Below are positions 30,929 to 39,035 of a DNA stretch of 64,000 nt, piece by piece; within the stretch, counting starts at the first letter, position 1, and every line of letters starts with the position of its first letter. The stretch is taken from positions 1,372 to 65,371 of the forward strand of contig CACEWA010000003.1 in NCBI GenBank assembly GCA_902563095.1. The letters run 5' to 3'. The translations under genes were made by a program, and so were the position numbers. The stretch is from an uncultured Candidatus Poseidoniales archaeon (lineage in GTDB: Archaea > Thermoplasmatota > Poseidoniia > Poseidoniales > Poseidoniaceae). Under the pieces are notes generated by a model, which worked only from the letters and a program-made list of their open reading frames with translations, made no database searches and was not told the origin of the DNA.

Positions 30929-32950
30929 TTAGACAGGGTGTTGGTATAGTACAGAACCGCCGTTCAGTTCTACGAAACCGTCGTCGTCTGCAACTTTATC
31001 ATACTGCTTCTTTGACCCGTCATATTCCTCAATCATCCAACCTTTTGTTGAATCTTCATCGATTTTTTGCTTCCAAAACCGTTTTGCCCTCTTCTCAGCC
31101 GATTTAGACTTTCTCATCATATTCATAATGTTGTCATCAACATCTTTCGTTGACAAACCGGCTCCAAAGCTTAACTCAAAAGGAGCATATTCGGATTCTG
31201 AAAGTTCGCCAAGCTTTTGGGATAAGTCCTTGATTACTCGTCGCAATTTGGGTGTTGGGTTTTTCCCTACAGGAACATAATCTGCTAGGATTATGTCGTC
31301 CCCTGCAGCCACCCAGGCTACGATTTGATCTATCTTCAAATCTTGATTATCTAATGCGTCATTTACTATTGACCACCATTGGCTGTTGAATCTCATAGAC
31401 CTTCTACGCTTAGTATCAATACTGTTGTCAACTTCATGTTCACGAGACCTCGTAAACAAAACGCCAAGTGAGTTCAAATCTAACCTTGCAACGCCATTTA
31501 CCGTTCTTTGGTAATTATTGGTGAACGACTGAGGTAATCCAAACTCCTTAGTGGTCGAATCAATCATTCGTTGTGCTTTACCTATGTTATACAATAGGCG
31601 GTGGAAATTGCAATACGGGTTTGATGAGTCGTTAATTTGATTGTCACGATTGAATGCATTGCCGACCAATTCAACATCTTCCGAACAAATACAACAATCA
31701 GAATTTACTATCTTCTGGAAATCTATTTTCTCGGGGATATCGTCATCAACTACTATTGAAAGCACAGGTAGGTGGCGTATAATCCAATCTTTAATCACTT
31801 TATTTCGTTTTGATTCATCTTTCCATTGGCCAGGACCAATCTCGTAGATTTGGCCGAAATCGGATGCTGACAGTTTGTCTGATATTTTCCGAGATAGAGT
31901 TCTTGTTACCATTTCTAATTCGTTCTGGAAGTATGGTTGATGATTATTCGAGATTAAGAATACTCGATAGAAAGCATCTTCTAACATTCCTTTGGCAGAG
32001 GAATCGCCAAAAAATTCTATTCTTCCTCCTCCATCAATAATTATTGATTCGACACCATATTTCTCAATTATGTTGAACCTAAATCGTGACATCACACTCT
32101 CAAGAATTGCTGATGCACCACGTATAAATGCGGCGTCATCATTCCATTTTTGATACTTGTCAGACCAATTTGTAATCCAACTTTGGATGCTTCTCATCTT
32201 CACACTTACCCTCGTACCATTTATGCAATTCATCAGATCTTCGTTATCTACCCAACCTATACAATATTTCTTTGGCCGATGTTTTGAACGAATGGTTGGG
32301 ATTTTTTTATCGCCATCCCATTCACTCCATTTGTTTCCGATTATGTCTTTGACTTCATCTCTTGGCCAAAATGCAGCAATCCTGCTCTGATCATTTGAAT
32401 GGATGGCTAACAATAATTTGTGTTCTTTGTCAGAAAATGAATTTTCTGGACTTTGTTCTAGACCACGTATAGATAACAATAATATTGACAAAAATCTCCT
32501 ATGAGCCGCCTGAAATTCTTTTCTAGAATTGTCTTCTTCTGCTTTTGATTCTAATTCATTTACCAATCGTAATGCCGATATCTTTTCTTTAGACTGAGTT
32601 AGATTGGTCTTCATATCATGTGCTTTATTCAGCAAAGCACTACGTAAGCTAGTTGCAGAACCATCAGGAGAGTGAATTGAATCTAGATAGAGTGTTAGTC
32701 TCAATGCTTTTGCAGCCTTACTGCTAAGTGGCCAATCTAAAGGGTACCTTCCTACGTCTATCTCTGGATACCCCGCAATGATCTGTACGAGGCGATTATG
32801 TCTGACTGAAGCATCAAGTTTTACCGTTTCCTCGCCAGGCCAGTTCAAAATGAATTCTCTAATCAAATCTAGAGGGTGCTCACCTTCCTTCAATATCTCG
32901 GATGAAGAAAGTGGCGGCGAACCTTCGAACCACGGATTTGGAGCGCCCAT
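30929..32950 (-). CDS. Cas10-like (GGDEF/polymerase-palm) candidate cyclase, no evident HD domain, not CRISPR-associated in this window
   Basis: 673 aa. Motifs in order: ESIIIDGGGRIEFFG (Palm1-like), Cys/His cluster DCCICSED...NPYCNFHRLLYNIGK (position of the Cas10 zinc finger), VARLDLNSLGVLF (DxD/N-x-h-G strand), RRRSMRFNSQWW, WVAAGDDIILADY (GGDD equivalent). The ORF itself is solid. The family call is motif-level only. Confidence 0.5.
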   Translation of the reverse strand: MGAPNPWFEGSPPLSSSEILKEGEHPLDLIREFILNWPGEETVKLDASVRHNRLVQIIAGYPEIDVGRYPLDWPLSSKAAKALRLTLYLDSIHSPDGSATSLRSALLNKAHDMKTNLTQSKEKISALRLVNELESKAEEDNSRKEFQAAHRRFLSILLLSIRGLEQSPENSFSDKEHKLLLAIHSNDQSRIAAFWPRDEVKDIIGNKWSEWDGDKKIPTIRSKHRPKKYCIGWVDNEDLMNCINGTRVSVKMRSIQSWITNWSDKYQKWNDDAAFIRGASAILESVMSRFRFNIIEKYGVESIIIDGGGRIEFFGDSSAKGMLEDAFYRVFLISNNHQPYFQNELEMVTRTLSRKISDKLSASDFGQIYEIGPGQWKDESKRNKVIKDWIIRHLPVLSIVVDDDIPEKIDFQKIVNSDCCICSEDVELVGNAFNRDNQINDSSNPYCNFHRLLYNIGKAQRMIDSTTKEFGLPQSFTNNYQRTVNGVARLDLNSLGVLFTRSREHEVDNSIDTKRRRSMRFNSQWWSIVNDALDNQDLKIDQIVAWVAAGDDIILADYVPVGKNPTPKLRRVIKDLSQKLGELSESEYAPFELSFGAGLSTKDVDDNIMNMMRKSKSAEKRAKRFWKQKIDEDSTKGWMIEEYDGSKKQYDKVADDDGFVELNGGSVLYQHPV

Positions 32951-32975
32951 TGTTGTTTACAATGAGCCCAATGAT

Positions 32976-33368
32976 TTAGTTTTCATCCCTTCCAAGATTA
33001 ATCATATCTAACGAAATGCATGTCACTCCTTCTTGAGTAAACCAAATTGTACCAGAGATTTTCGCGCTTTGCATAAATTGCTTAAGAGAATCTCCTCTCA
33101 TCCAATCTCTAATAGCTGTGCCACCATTAAAACCATGGATAAACCTGACACCGCGCTTCAGATCTGCTTTTGCATCTCTCAATTCTTCTTTGATTCGATT
33201 TTTTGCATTATGTAGAGCCAAATCATGAAGATTGACAGTTAAATATCCTGAATCGTCCCCAACATTTTGCCTAAAGGTACGTGGAGTTGGACGGTTTCGA
33301 TTAGTCCTTCTCTTATGGTGGTTTTTTCCATGTAGGAATCTATCCATCTGAAATTTCCTATTACTCAT
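32976..33368 (-). CDS. Smr (small MutS-related) domain-like protein with a basic N-terminus
   Basis: TVNLHDLALHNAKNRIKEELRDA...RGVRFIHGFNGGTAIRDWM resembles the Smr pattern lDLHGl..eeA...l.......v.iIHGkG.G.L. I chose the ATG at 33368, which forms an ATGA overlap with the kinase stop. The track start is 33407. Confidence 0.5.
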   Translation of the reverse strand: MSNRKFQMDRFLHGKNHHKRRTNRNRPTPRTFRQNVGDDSGYLTVNLHDLALHNAKNRIKEELRDAKADLKRGVRFIHGFNGGTAIRDWMRGDSLKQFMQSAKISGTIWFTQEGVTCISLDMINLGRDEN

Positions 33369-33982
33369 TGGAAAGCCTCCTGAATAATTTCTAATGCCTC
33401 TTGACAAACCTCATCAGGACTTTTGTTACTAGTGTCGATAACTACTGGCTTGAATTTCAGATATGTTTCAAGCACCTTCTCACGCTTAATTTTGCTAGCA
33501 GCTAATTCTGATTCTTCCTTTGTTTCAGCCTCGCCACGCCCATGCAAACGAGTCAAACGATTCTCCTCATCTACTGTGAGTAGTATTAACAAATCGGGCC
33601 TCCTAATCTCGTCGGGATATTGTCCAATCTCAATATCGTGTTCGAATCCTTCATCCATCGCAGCAAATGCTGCAGTACTAGTCCAATATCTATCCATAAT
33701 CACATGCCTATCAGAAATTACATTGGTCACTTGCTCACTTGCTACCAAGTTCGAAAAACGATAATATGCTCTGCGTTGGAGCGGGTTCAATGAATCAAAA
33801 TGAGTTCTTGCAGACCCCTCTTTAATTGAGGGAATATTGATCTCTGGTGGGCAAGAAAGTTGGGCAGCATTAAGGTAAACACTCAACTTCTCAACTAGTG
33901 TAGACTTACCAGTAGCATCAAGACCTTCGATTACGATGAACTTATTCACAAAGCCACCCCCATTGAATTCTCCCAATCCCAT
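33365..33982 (-). CDS. Nucleoside monophosphate kinase (thymidylate kinase-like P-loop)
   Basis: 205 aa. FIVIEGLDATGKSTLVEKL is the dTMP-kinase-type P-loop context. It overlaps the viperin gene 3' end. Confidence 0.8.
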   Translation of the reverse strand: MGLGEFNGGGFVNKFIVIEGLDATGKSTLVEKLSVYLNAAQLSCPPEINIPSIKEGSARTHFDSLNPLQRRAYYRFSNLVASEQVTNVISDRHVIMDRYWTSTAAFAAMDEGFEHDIEIGQYPDEIRRPDLLILLTVDEENRLTRLHGRGEAETKEESELAASKIKREKVLETYLKFKPVVIDTSNKSPDEVCQEALEIIQEAFQ

Positions 33983-34860
33983 TCTCCGCCTCGAGCATTG
34001 AAGGCTTCTAGTGAAAATCCTGGACTTACCTCATTCCAACAATGAGCGAAACCATTTTCTTGAACGGTGCCTTCTGAGTAAAAATAGAATCCATCTTTGT
34101 TTGTATATACTCGGCCAAGTGCATCGATCATCGCATAAGTCCCAAGCATAGCATCATTATTTTCTGGTACTACTTGGATTGAGGTAGAACTAAGCGAGGA
34201 GACATGACGAGAGATATATTCCTCAAAATTATGTTCTGATACCAGAAGAGCTTCTACTCGCCCATCATTTTCTCCATCAATCTTCAGAACTTGGAAAATC
34301 TTCCATCGAGTTGGGTTGATTTGCTTAACTACATCGGTCATATCATCATGCACATTTGCTGAGGTGACCACAGTGTTTAGCTTGATTCCATATCCTAGTT
34401 TGTTAGCCATCTTTGCAATTTCCAAAGCTCGACCCAAATGCCCAGATTCACCATTCTTGAATTCATTAGCATTTGCTCGGCCCATGATTGCATGGATTTG
34501 ATCATTTGAAGCGTCTACAGAAAGCCCCAGCCAGTCAAGGTATGGGCGCATGGATTCGAGCCATTCTTGACTCATCTTAGTACCATTCGAAACGATACTG
34601 GTAGTCATACCTACACGCTTTGACTCCTTAATCCATTCATCTAGGTGAGGATGAAGCATAGGCTCCCCCCCAACGAAATTAATCTTCTCTACTCCTTGAG
34701 ACGCTAGGTCCTGGATGATCTTTAATCCTGCTTCCAAGTCAATCTTTGGCTGCAGACGTTGCTGTTCAAATCCTGCATAACAGAACTTGCAGCGGTAGTT
34801 GCAAAATGCTTCGCAGTGCCAATTTACGGCCTTAGGGATTGTGATGTTGTTTTGTGACAT
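33946..34860 (-). CDS. Prokaryotic viperin homolog (pVip), radical SAM
   Basis: AVNWHCEAFCNYRCKFCYA (viperin-type CNYxCxFC), INFVGGEPMLHP, SIVSNGT, KLNTVV, RWKIFQVLKIDGEND (compare human viperin RWKVFQCLLIEGEN), and a C-terminal Trp-rich tail. I chose the ATG at 34860. The track TTG start is 34887. Confidence 0.85.
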   Translation of the reverse strand: MSQNNITIPKAVNWHCEAFCNYRCKFCYAGFEQQRLQPKIDLEAGLKIIQDLASQGVEKINFVGGEPMLHPHLDEWIKESKRVGMTTSIVSNGTKMSQEWLESMRPYLDWLGLSVDASNDQIHAIMGRANANEFKNGESGHLGRALEIAKMANKLGYGIKLNTVVTSANVHDDMTDVVKQINPTRWKIFQVLKIDGENDGRVEALLVSEHNFEEYISRHVSSLSSTSIQVVPENNDAMLGTYAMIDALGRVYTNKDGFYFYSEGTVQENGFAHCWNEVSPGFSLEAFNARGGEWDWENSMGVAL

Positions 34861-34893
34861 CACTACTATCAGATATTTCAAAGACAAATACCC

Positions 34894-34907
34894 TGTAAAT
34901 TATTACA
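34894..34907. promoter_or_regulatory. Perfect palindrome TGTAAATTATTACA (TGTAA-N4-TTACA) in a divergent promoter region
   Basis: Read directly. It sits between the pVip ATG (34860) and the HNH gene ATG (34945), about 33-38 nt from each. Confidence 0.45.
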
Positions 34908-34944
34908 CTGATTAGGGGATTGTGATAAATCTTTGATTGAGATT

Positions 34945-35898
34945 ATGCTGATCCACGAGCAAGAATACCTAACTATGTTAGAAACTGCATTCAACTTTCT
35001 ATTTCGAAAGGGGAAGCCAGTAAACGGTTCTCCACTAAATCAAGCTAGGCATGAATTTGTTATCACAAACGGAGGATTTTGCCTACATTGTGGCATGAAG
35101 TTGACTCGAAATAATTCTAACACCGAACACATCCATGATCGCGCTCTGGGAGGTATTAACAAGTCTGTAAACAAGGTGATTATGTGTACTTCATGTAACC
35201 TAGCTAGGAACAAGACGATGCAAATTTACCTTGGCTCACCGAGTTACTGGCAAGGTTTCCCAGGGAATTGGGACCGGGTTAAGAAGTATCTTCTTTGGAA
35301 TGCTGTAACAGTAGACAAGGGTCATAACGCGGGAGAGGCTTATCCTGAAGTACACCAAATCTTCGAATCGATTTTACAAAGTAACGGAAATCTGATCAAG
35401 CCGCCAAATCATTGGTTTGGGCGTGGTGATAATTGTGACCTGATTGTTACAAAGCCAAAGCAACGTGGATTTTGGATTCGTATTTTTGACAAAATCTTTG
35501 GCTATGAATCGCCACAAGATACACCCGTAATTACTGTGAATAAAACCAACCTATTGCAGACGGAAGAGAAGAAAGTTAAGGCCGAACGAAAAATTCTGGA
35601 TTTGGATGATGATTTCCGCCATCACATTCTAAACGCATTTAGTAGCATCCAGGGGGAAATTGACCTTGCTACATTTTCAAGTTATTTTCAATTGTATCTC
35701 GTTAGCAAGGATATGCCTAAGCAATCATTGAAGCAATTTGCACGTTCATTCGGAATACCAAAGCGTCGCTCTTTCATCGAAATTATTGAAGACTATTTCC
35801 CAAATGAAATTGAATATCGCCGTGTAGGACAAACCGTGGTTTATATTTCTGCGAAAAATCGTGAGGTTTTTGAATATCTTGCCGATGAAGATGAATAG
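34945..35898 (+). CDS. HNH endonuclease domain protein with an uncharacterised C-terminal domain
   Basis: CLHCGMKLTRNNSNTEHIHDRALGGINKSVNKVIMCTSCNLARN gives the CxxC...H..H...N...CxxCN HNH layout. The ATG at 34945 was chosen. The track TTG start is 34933. Confidence 0.75.
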   Translation: MLIHEQEYLTMLETAFNFLFRKGKPVNGSPLNQARHEFVITNGGFCLHCGMKLTRNNSNTEHIHDRALGGINKSVNKVIMCTSCNLARNKTMQIYLGSPSYWQGFPGNWDRVKKYLLWNAVTVDKGHNAGEAYPEVHQIFESILQSNGNLIKPPNHWFGRGDNCDLIVTKPKQRGFWIRIFDKIFGYESPQDTPVITVNKTNLLQTEEKKVKAERKILDLDDDFRHHILNAFSSIQGEIDLATFSSYFQLYLVSKDMPKQSLKQFARSFGIPKRRSFIEIIEDYFPNEIEYRRVGQTVVYISAKNREVFEYLADEDE

Positions 35899-35912
35899 AA
35901 TGGTGGTCGATA

Positions 35913-36899
35913 ATGAAGCATAGCTACCACTCGATACCGATAACAAAAATTCTTTCAGCAAGTTGTCGTGATTTCTTTTGCTTTCGGGAACTAGAAATAT
36001 TTGACTTCGAAGATGGTTTGAACATCATTGTTGGAAATAATGGGAGCGGAAAGAGTACAGCGGTTAGAATGATTGTAGCAGCACTTTCACCCAATACCTC
36101 ACATGATTGGGATTTCACAACAAGAAATGACAGCACTAAGGGATCCCTAATTGAAATTAGGTTTGTTGTTGAAGAAAAAATATGCTTTTTACGAAGAGTA
36201 ATTGTTCATGGAACTACAACTGATCTTCATTTGTACATAGAAACTGGAACTGAAATGACATTTTTAAGAGACAATGAAGTTGTACGTTTCCTCGCTAAAT
36301 TGAAGCCAATAAATGTAATCAAGACTAACAATTTCGACAAACGAAAGTTCAGGATTACCTTTTCAACTGAACCGCCATCTAAGGACAAAACTTCTACTGA
36401 ATTTTACAAGCTAATAAAAAAGATAATCTCGCAAAAAAAGAACACTCTCGATAAGAACCATGTTTTGTTGATAGAAGAGATCGAATCTAGTATGGATTCC
36501 TTCTACAATGAGCACGTTATTGGAAGTTCCTTGCGATACAAAGATCTGCCAGGCGGATATAGTAGGTTATGGAAGATAATTGGGGATCTCGGAAGACCTA
36601 ATACAGATTTGGTAGCATCTGATTCATCTAAGGTTTACATTATTGACCAAGCAGAACAATATCTGAGTAGAAAAGAATTTCAAATCCTCCTAGATATTCT
36701 TTATTTACTTTCCAAGGAATATGATTTACAATTCATAATCACATCTTCTCGTAAATTAGCAAGCAGTTTGACTAAGCATAATTACATCGATATCAGCCGA
36801 ATAGAGCCCCCAAAACAATATTCTGCTAATCTTTCCCATTCATTGAAACGGTTAAACAAATTATTTACTTATAGAATTACTAAATATCGTTCATGGTGA
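35913..36899 (+). CDS. RecF/SMC-like ABC-type ATPase (AAA_15/21-like)
   Basis: 328 aa. FRELEIFDFEDGLNIIVGNNGSGKST (Walker A), LPGGYSRLWKI (signature-like), KVYIIDQAEQYL (Walker B-like). Confidence 0.75.
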   Translation: MKHSYHSIPITKILSASCRDFFCFRELEIFDFEDGLNIIVGNNGSGKSTAVRMIVAALSPNTSHDWDFTTRNDSTKGSLIEIRFVVEEKICFLRRVIVHGTTTDLHLYIETGTEMTFLRDNEVVRFLAKLKPINVIKTNNFDKRKFRITFSTEPPSKDKTSTEFYKLIKKIISQKKNTLDKNHVLLIEEIESSMDSFYNEHVIGSSLRYKDLPGGYSRLWKIIGDLGRPNTDLVASDSSKVYIIDQAEQYLSRKEFQILLDILYLLSKEYDLQFIITSSRKLASSLTKHNYIDISRIEPPKQYSANLSHSLKRLNKLFTYRITKYRSW

Positions 36900-37738
36900 T
36901 TAATGTGGAAATGGTAAAAGAAATTACTTCCATTTCGCACGATGGGTTTCAAAGCATGTGGTACCCATTCCATTTCGAGAAAGAATTACAAATTAACATA
37001 ATAAATTGTGAATATTTTCGAGAAGGTATCGATTTAATCAAATTAGTACATTGGATGTTTGCAACAAATAATCACAATACTAATACGAGAATCGATAACT
37101 CAAAATCACTTGGAATTTCACAATTAGTTCAATGTAGTGTAGAATTTGTCACTGACAAACATCGATACCTACTGTCCAGAATCTTTCATGACAAGTTTTC
37201 TATCGAAGCTAAATTAGAGGTGTTGGATTCTACAAACGTATACTTTGGAGAAGATGCAATTCGTACTATTCAAAAAATGACAAGACCGATAGTTGTCCCC
37301 AGCGATAGACGAATAATGAGCTCGCTAATTCTTAAGCCACAGGATAACTATTCAAGACAAAGTATGCTAAATTTAGTCGACTTATGGTCTAGATCTCTTG
37401 GCTTTGAAAATATCAAAATTGGATTAACTCCAATTGGACATTGGTCTTATTATCACTCTCGTAAAGAGATAGAGAATAAGCCTCGTCCATCATTATTGAT
37501 GTTGCTTTCAAATCTTGCCCAGGCCACAGTTAGAAAAAGAAAATTTGGTAGGTGTCCTGCCGTCATCTGTTTTGCAGAGATGCACGACCTAAATCAATTA
37601 GAGATAGATTCTGTTATCGAATTGATCTCTACCATTTGCAAAGAAGAAAGACTAAGTTTTGTTCTAGCAACTTCTTCCATTGAAGAAATAGATGTAGAAA
37701 GTGTAAGTAACACCCCTAGGTTTGCAATCTACCGATAA
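36893..37738 (+). CDS. Hypothetical protein, possibly a degenerate paralog of the preceding ABC ATPase (no Walker A)
   Basis: 281 aa, overlapping the upstream gene by 7 nt. The N-terminal KEITSISHDGFQSM...ELQINIINCEYFREGIDL mimics the ABC N-terminus but lacks GxxGxGKS. PAVICFAEMHDL is Walker-B-like. Confidence 0.4.
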   Translation: MVINVEMVKEITSISHDGFQSMWYPFHFEKELQINIINCEYFREGIDLIKLVHWMFATNNHNTNTRIDNSKSLGISQLVQCSVEFVTDKHRYLLSRIFHDKFSIEAKLEVLDSTNVYFGEDAIRTIQKMTRPIVVPSDRRIMSSLILKPQDNYSRQSMLNLVDLWSRSLGFENIKIGLTPIGHWSYYHSRKEIENKPRPSLLMLLSNLAQATVRKRKFGRCPAVICFAEMHDLNQLEIDSVIELISTICKEERLSFVLATSSIEEIDVESVSNTPRFAIYR

Positions 37739-39035
37739 TTTTGTCAAAATTTTCAATTATACGGACTGCATCAGAAGTCAACTCTTTTTTCCACCATGGA
37801 AATCCATTTAATTTTGGGAACAAAAATTTCCTGTGAAGTACATTTCTTCTTTCCAGACCTAATATACTTCCAGCACAATAAGATATGCATAATGCTTCAA
37901 TAGATCCAGCTGCAAAAAACTCATAATTCTGAATTGAGAATGTGTTCTTAAATTTCATTGTCGAATGAATATGTTCCAACAATGATTTTGTCTCATTACC
38001 ATTTCCTTTTGGAATATTAATTTCCATCTTACGCAACCGCTTTAGTAAATTTGCTGATGCTTGAATCAACTGTTGGCTCTCTTCATCTCCGATAAGTACA
38101 TCATGAGAATGATCGACTATTATTCCAACTAGATTGGTAATCGTTTGAAGACTCGGCTCAATAGATAATGATTCTATCTGAGCAATATGATAATTGGTAA
38201 TGGGGTTTATCCAATCGTTCATCTTACGCATTAACTGAATATTTCCAATACTCATTCTTCTAGCAAAAACCCAGAATGGTTCTACATTATTCCAATCCCA
38301 AGATTTGTGAAGATAAGTGCATATCAACGCATATGCCAATCTTTTGTTCGGCCTGCCATTATTATCCATTTCATGTAACATAAATGAGTCAATCAGAGAG
38401 TCGAACCAATCTCGTCTAAATTCCATCGGTGTTGGCCTTTCCACTTCTGATTCAGGCGGCTCTACGTGCTTTTCTACTTTCATTTTTGCAAGTTCATAGT
38501 TTGACTTTAAATCGTCAGTTCCTACGCTATGAAAACGTTCTATGCCATGATATCGTAATCTATTACCAACAAAATAGGGAGGAGACATTTTTCGATATCG
38601 CTCTTCTGTTATTGCACTTCTGTAAAGAGATTTGAGTTTGTACTTATTGGAAAAATCCCTGTAATAACCAATAGATTTTTGTCTTTCTAAACCATCAGAA
38701 ACTTCTTGATCTGTTAATTTCCGACGCTTCAATACCATAGCTAAAGTCTTGTGGCCTACCTGATGGAAAAATTCGGTGTTAGTATAATCGTTTTTATCTA
38801 GATTTTCATCCTGTAATTTCCCATAATCTATTGCGCAGGAAATGCAAATGCCGTAGGGTGCTTCACTAGGATTAAATCCATGATCAATTAAATCATCCTC
38901 AGAAGTTAAATGGATCCCATTAGTTGTGCATTCATCACACCACAATAATTCCTGGTTTTGAAAATCTTCTTCAGTTTCTATACGTGATTGATTGAAGTAC
39001 TCATCATATACATCAGTACTATCCAAAATAATCAC
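37716..39035 (-). CDS. Hypothetical 439-aa protein with an N-terminal zinc-ribbon-like Cys pairs
   Basis: CDEC...CISC near the N-terminus. The GTG start overlaps the upstream stop (GTGA at 39032..39035). No other motif recognised. Confidence 0.5.
   Translation of the reverse strand: MIILDSTDVYDEYFNQSRIETEEDFQNQELLWCDECTTNGIHLTSEDDLIDHGFNPSEAPYGICISCAIDYGKLQDENLDKNDYTNTEFFHQVGHKTLAMVLKRRKLTDQEVSDGLERQKSIGYYRDFSNKYKLKSLYRSAITEERYRKMSPPYFVGNRLRYHGIERFHSVGTDDLKSNYELAKMKVEKHVEPPESEVERPTPMEFRRDWFDSLIDSFMLHEMDNNGRPNKRLAYALICTYLHKSWDWNNVEPFWVFARRMSIGNIQLMRKMNDWINPITNYHIAQIESLSIEPSLQTITNLVGIIVDHSHDVLIGDEESQQLIQASANLLKRLRKMEINIPKGNGNETKSLLEHIHSTMKFKNTFSIQNYEFFAAGSIEALCISYCAGSILGLERRNVLHRKFLFPKLNGFPWWKKELTSDAVRIIENFDKIIGRLQT

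Noticed and set aside
30929-32950. Reading the GDD motif of the 673-aa protein as an RNA-dependent RNA polymerase or reverse transcriptase signature
   Set aside because: There is no YxDD box, and I could not locate an RdRP motif A (DxxxxD) or motif B (SGxxxT). The preceding DxN-x-LG strand, the Cys/His cluster and the upstream GGG strand fit the Cas10/GGDEF palm layout better. This remains an alternative until profile or structure searches are run.
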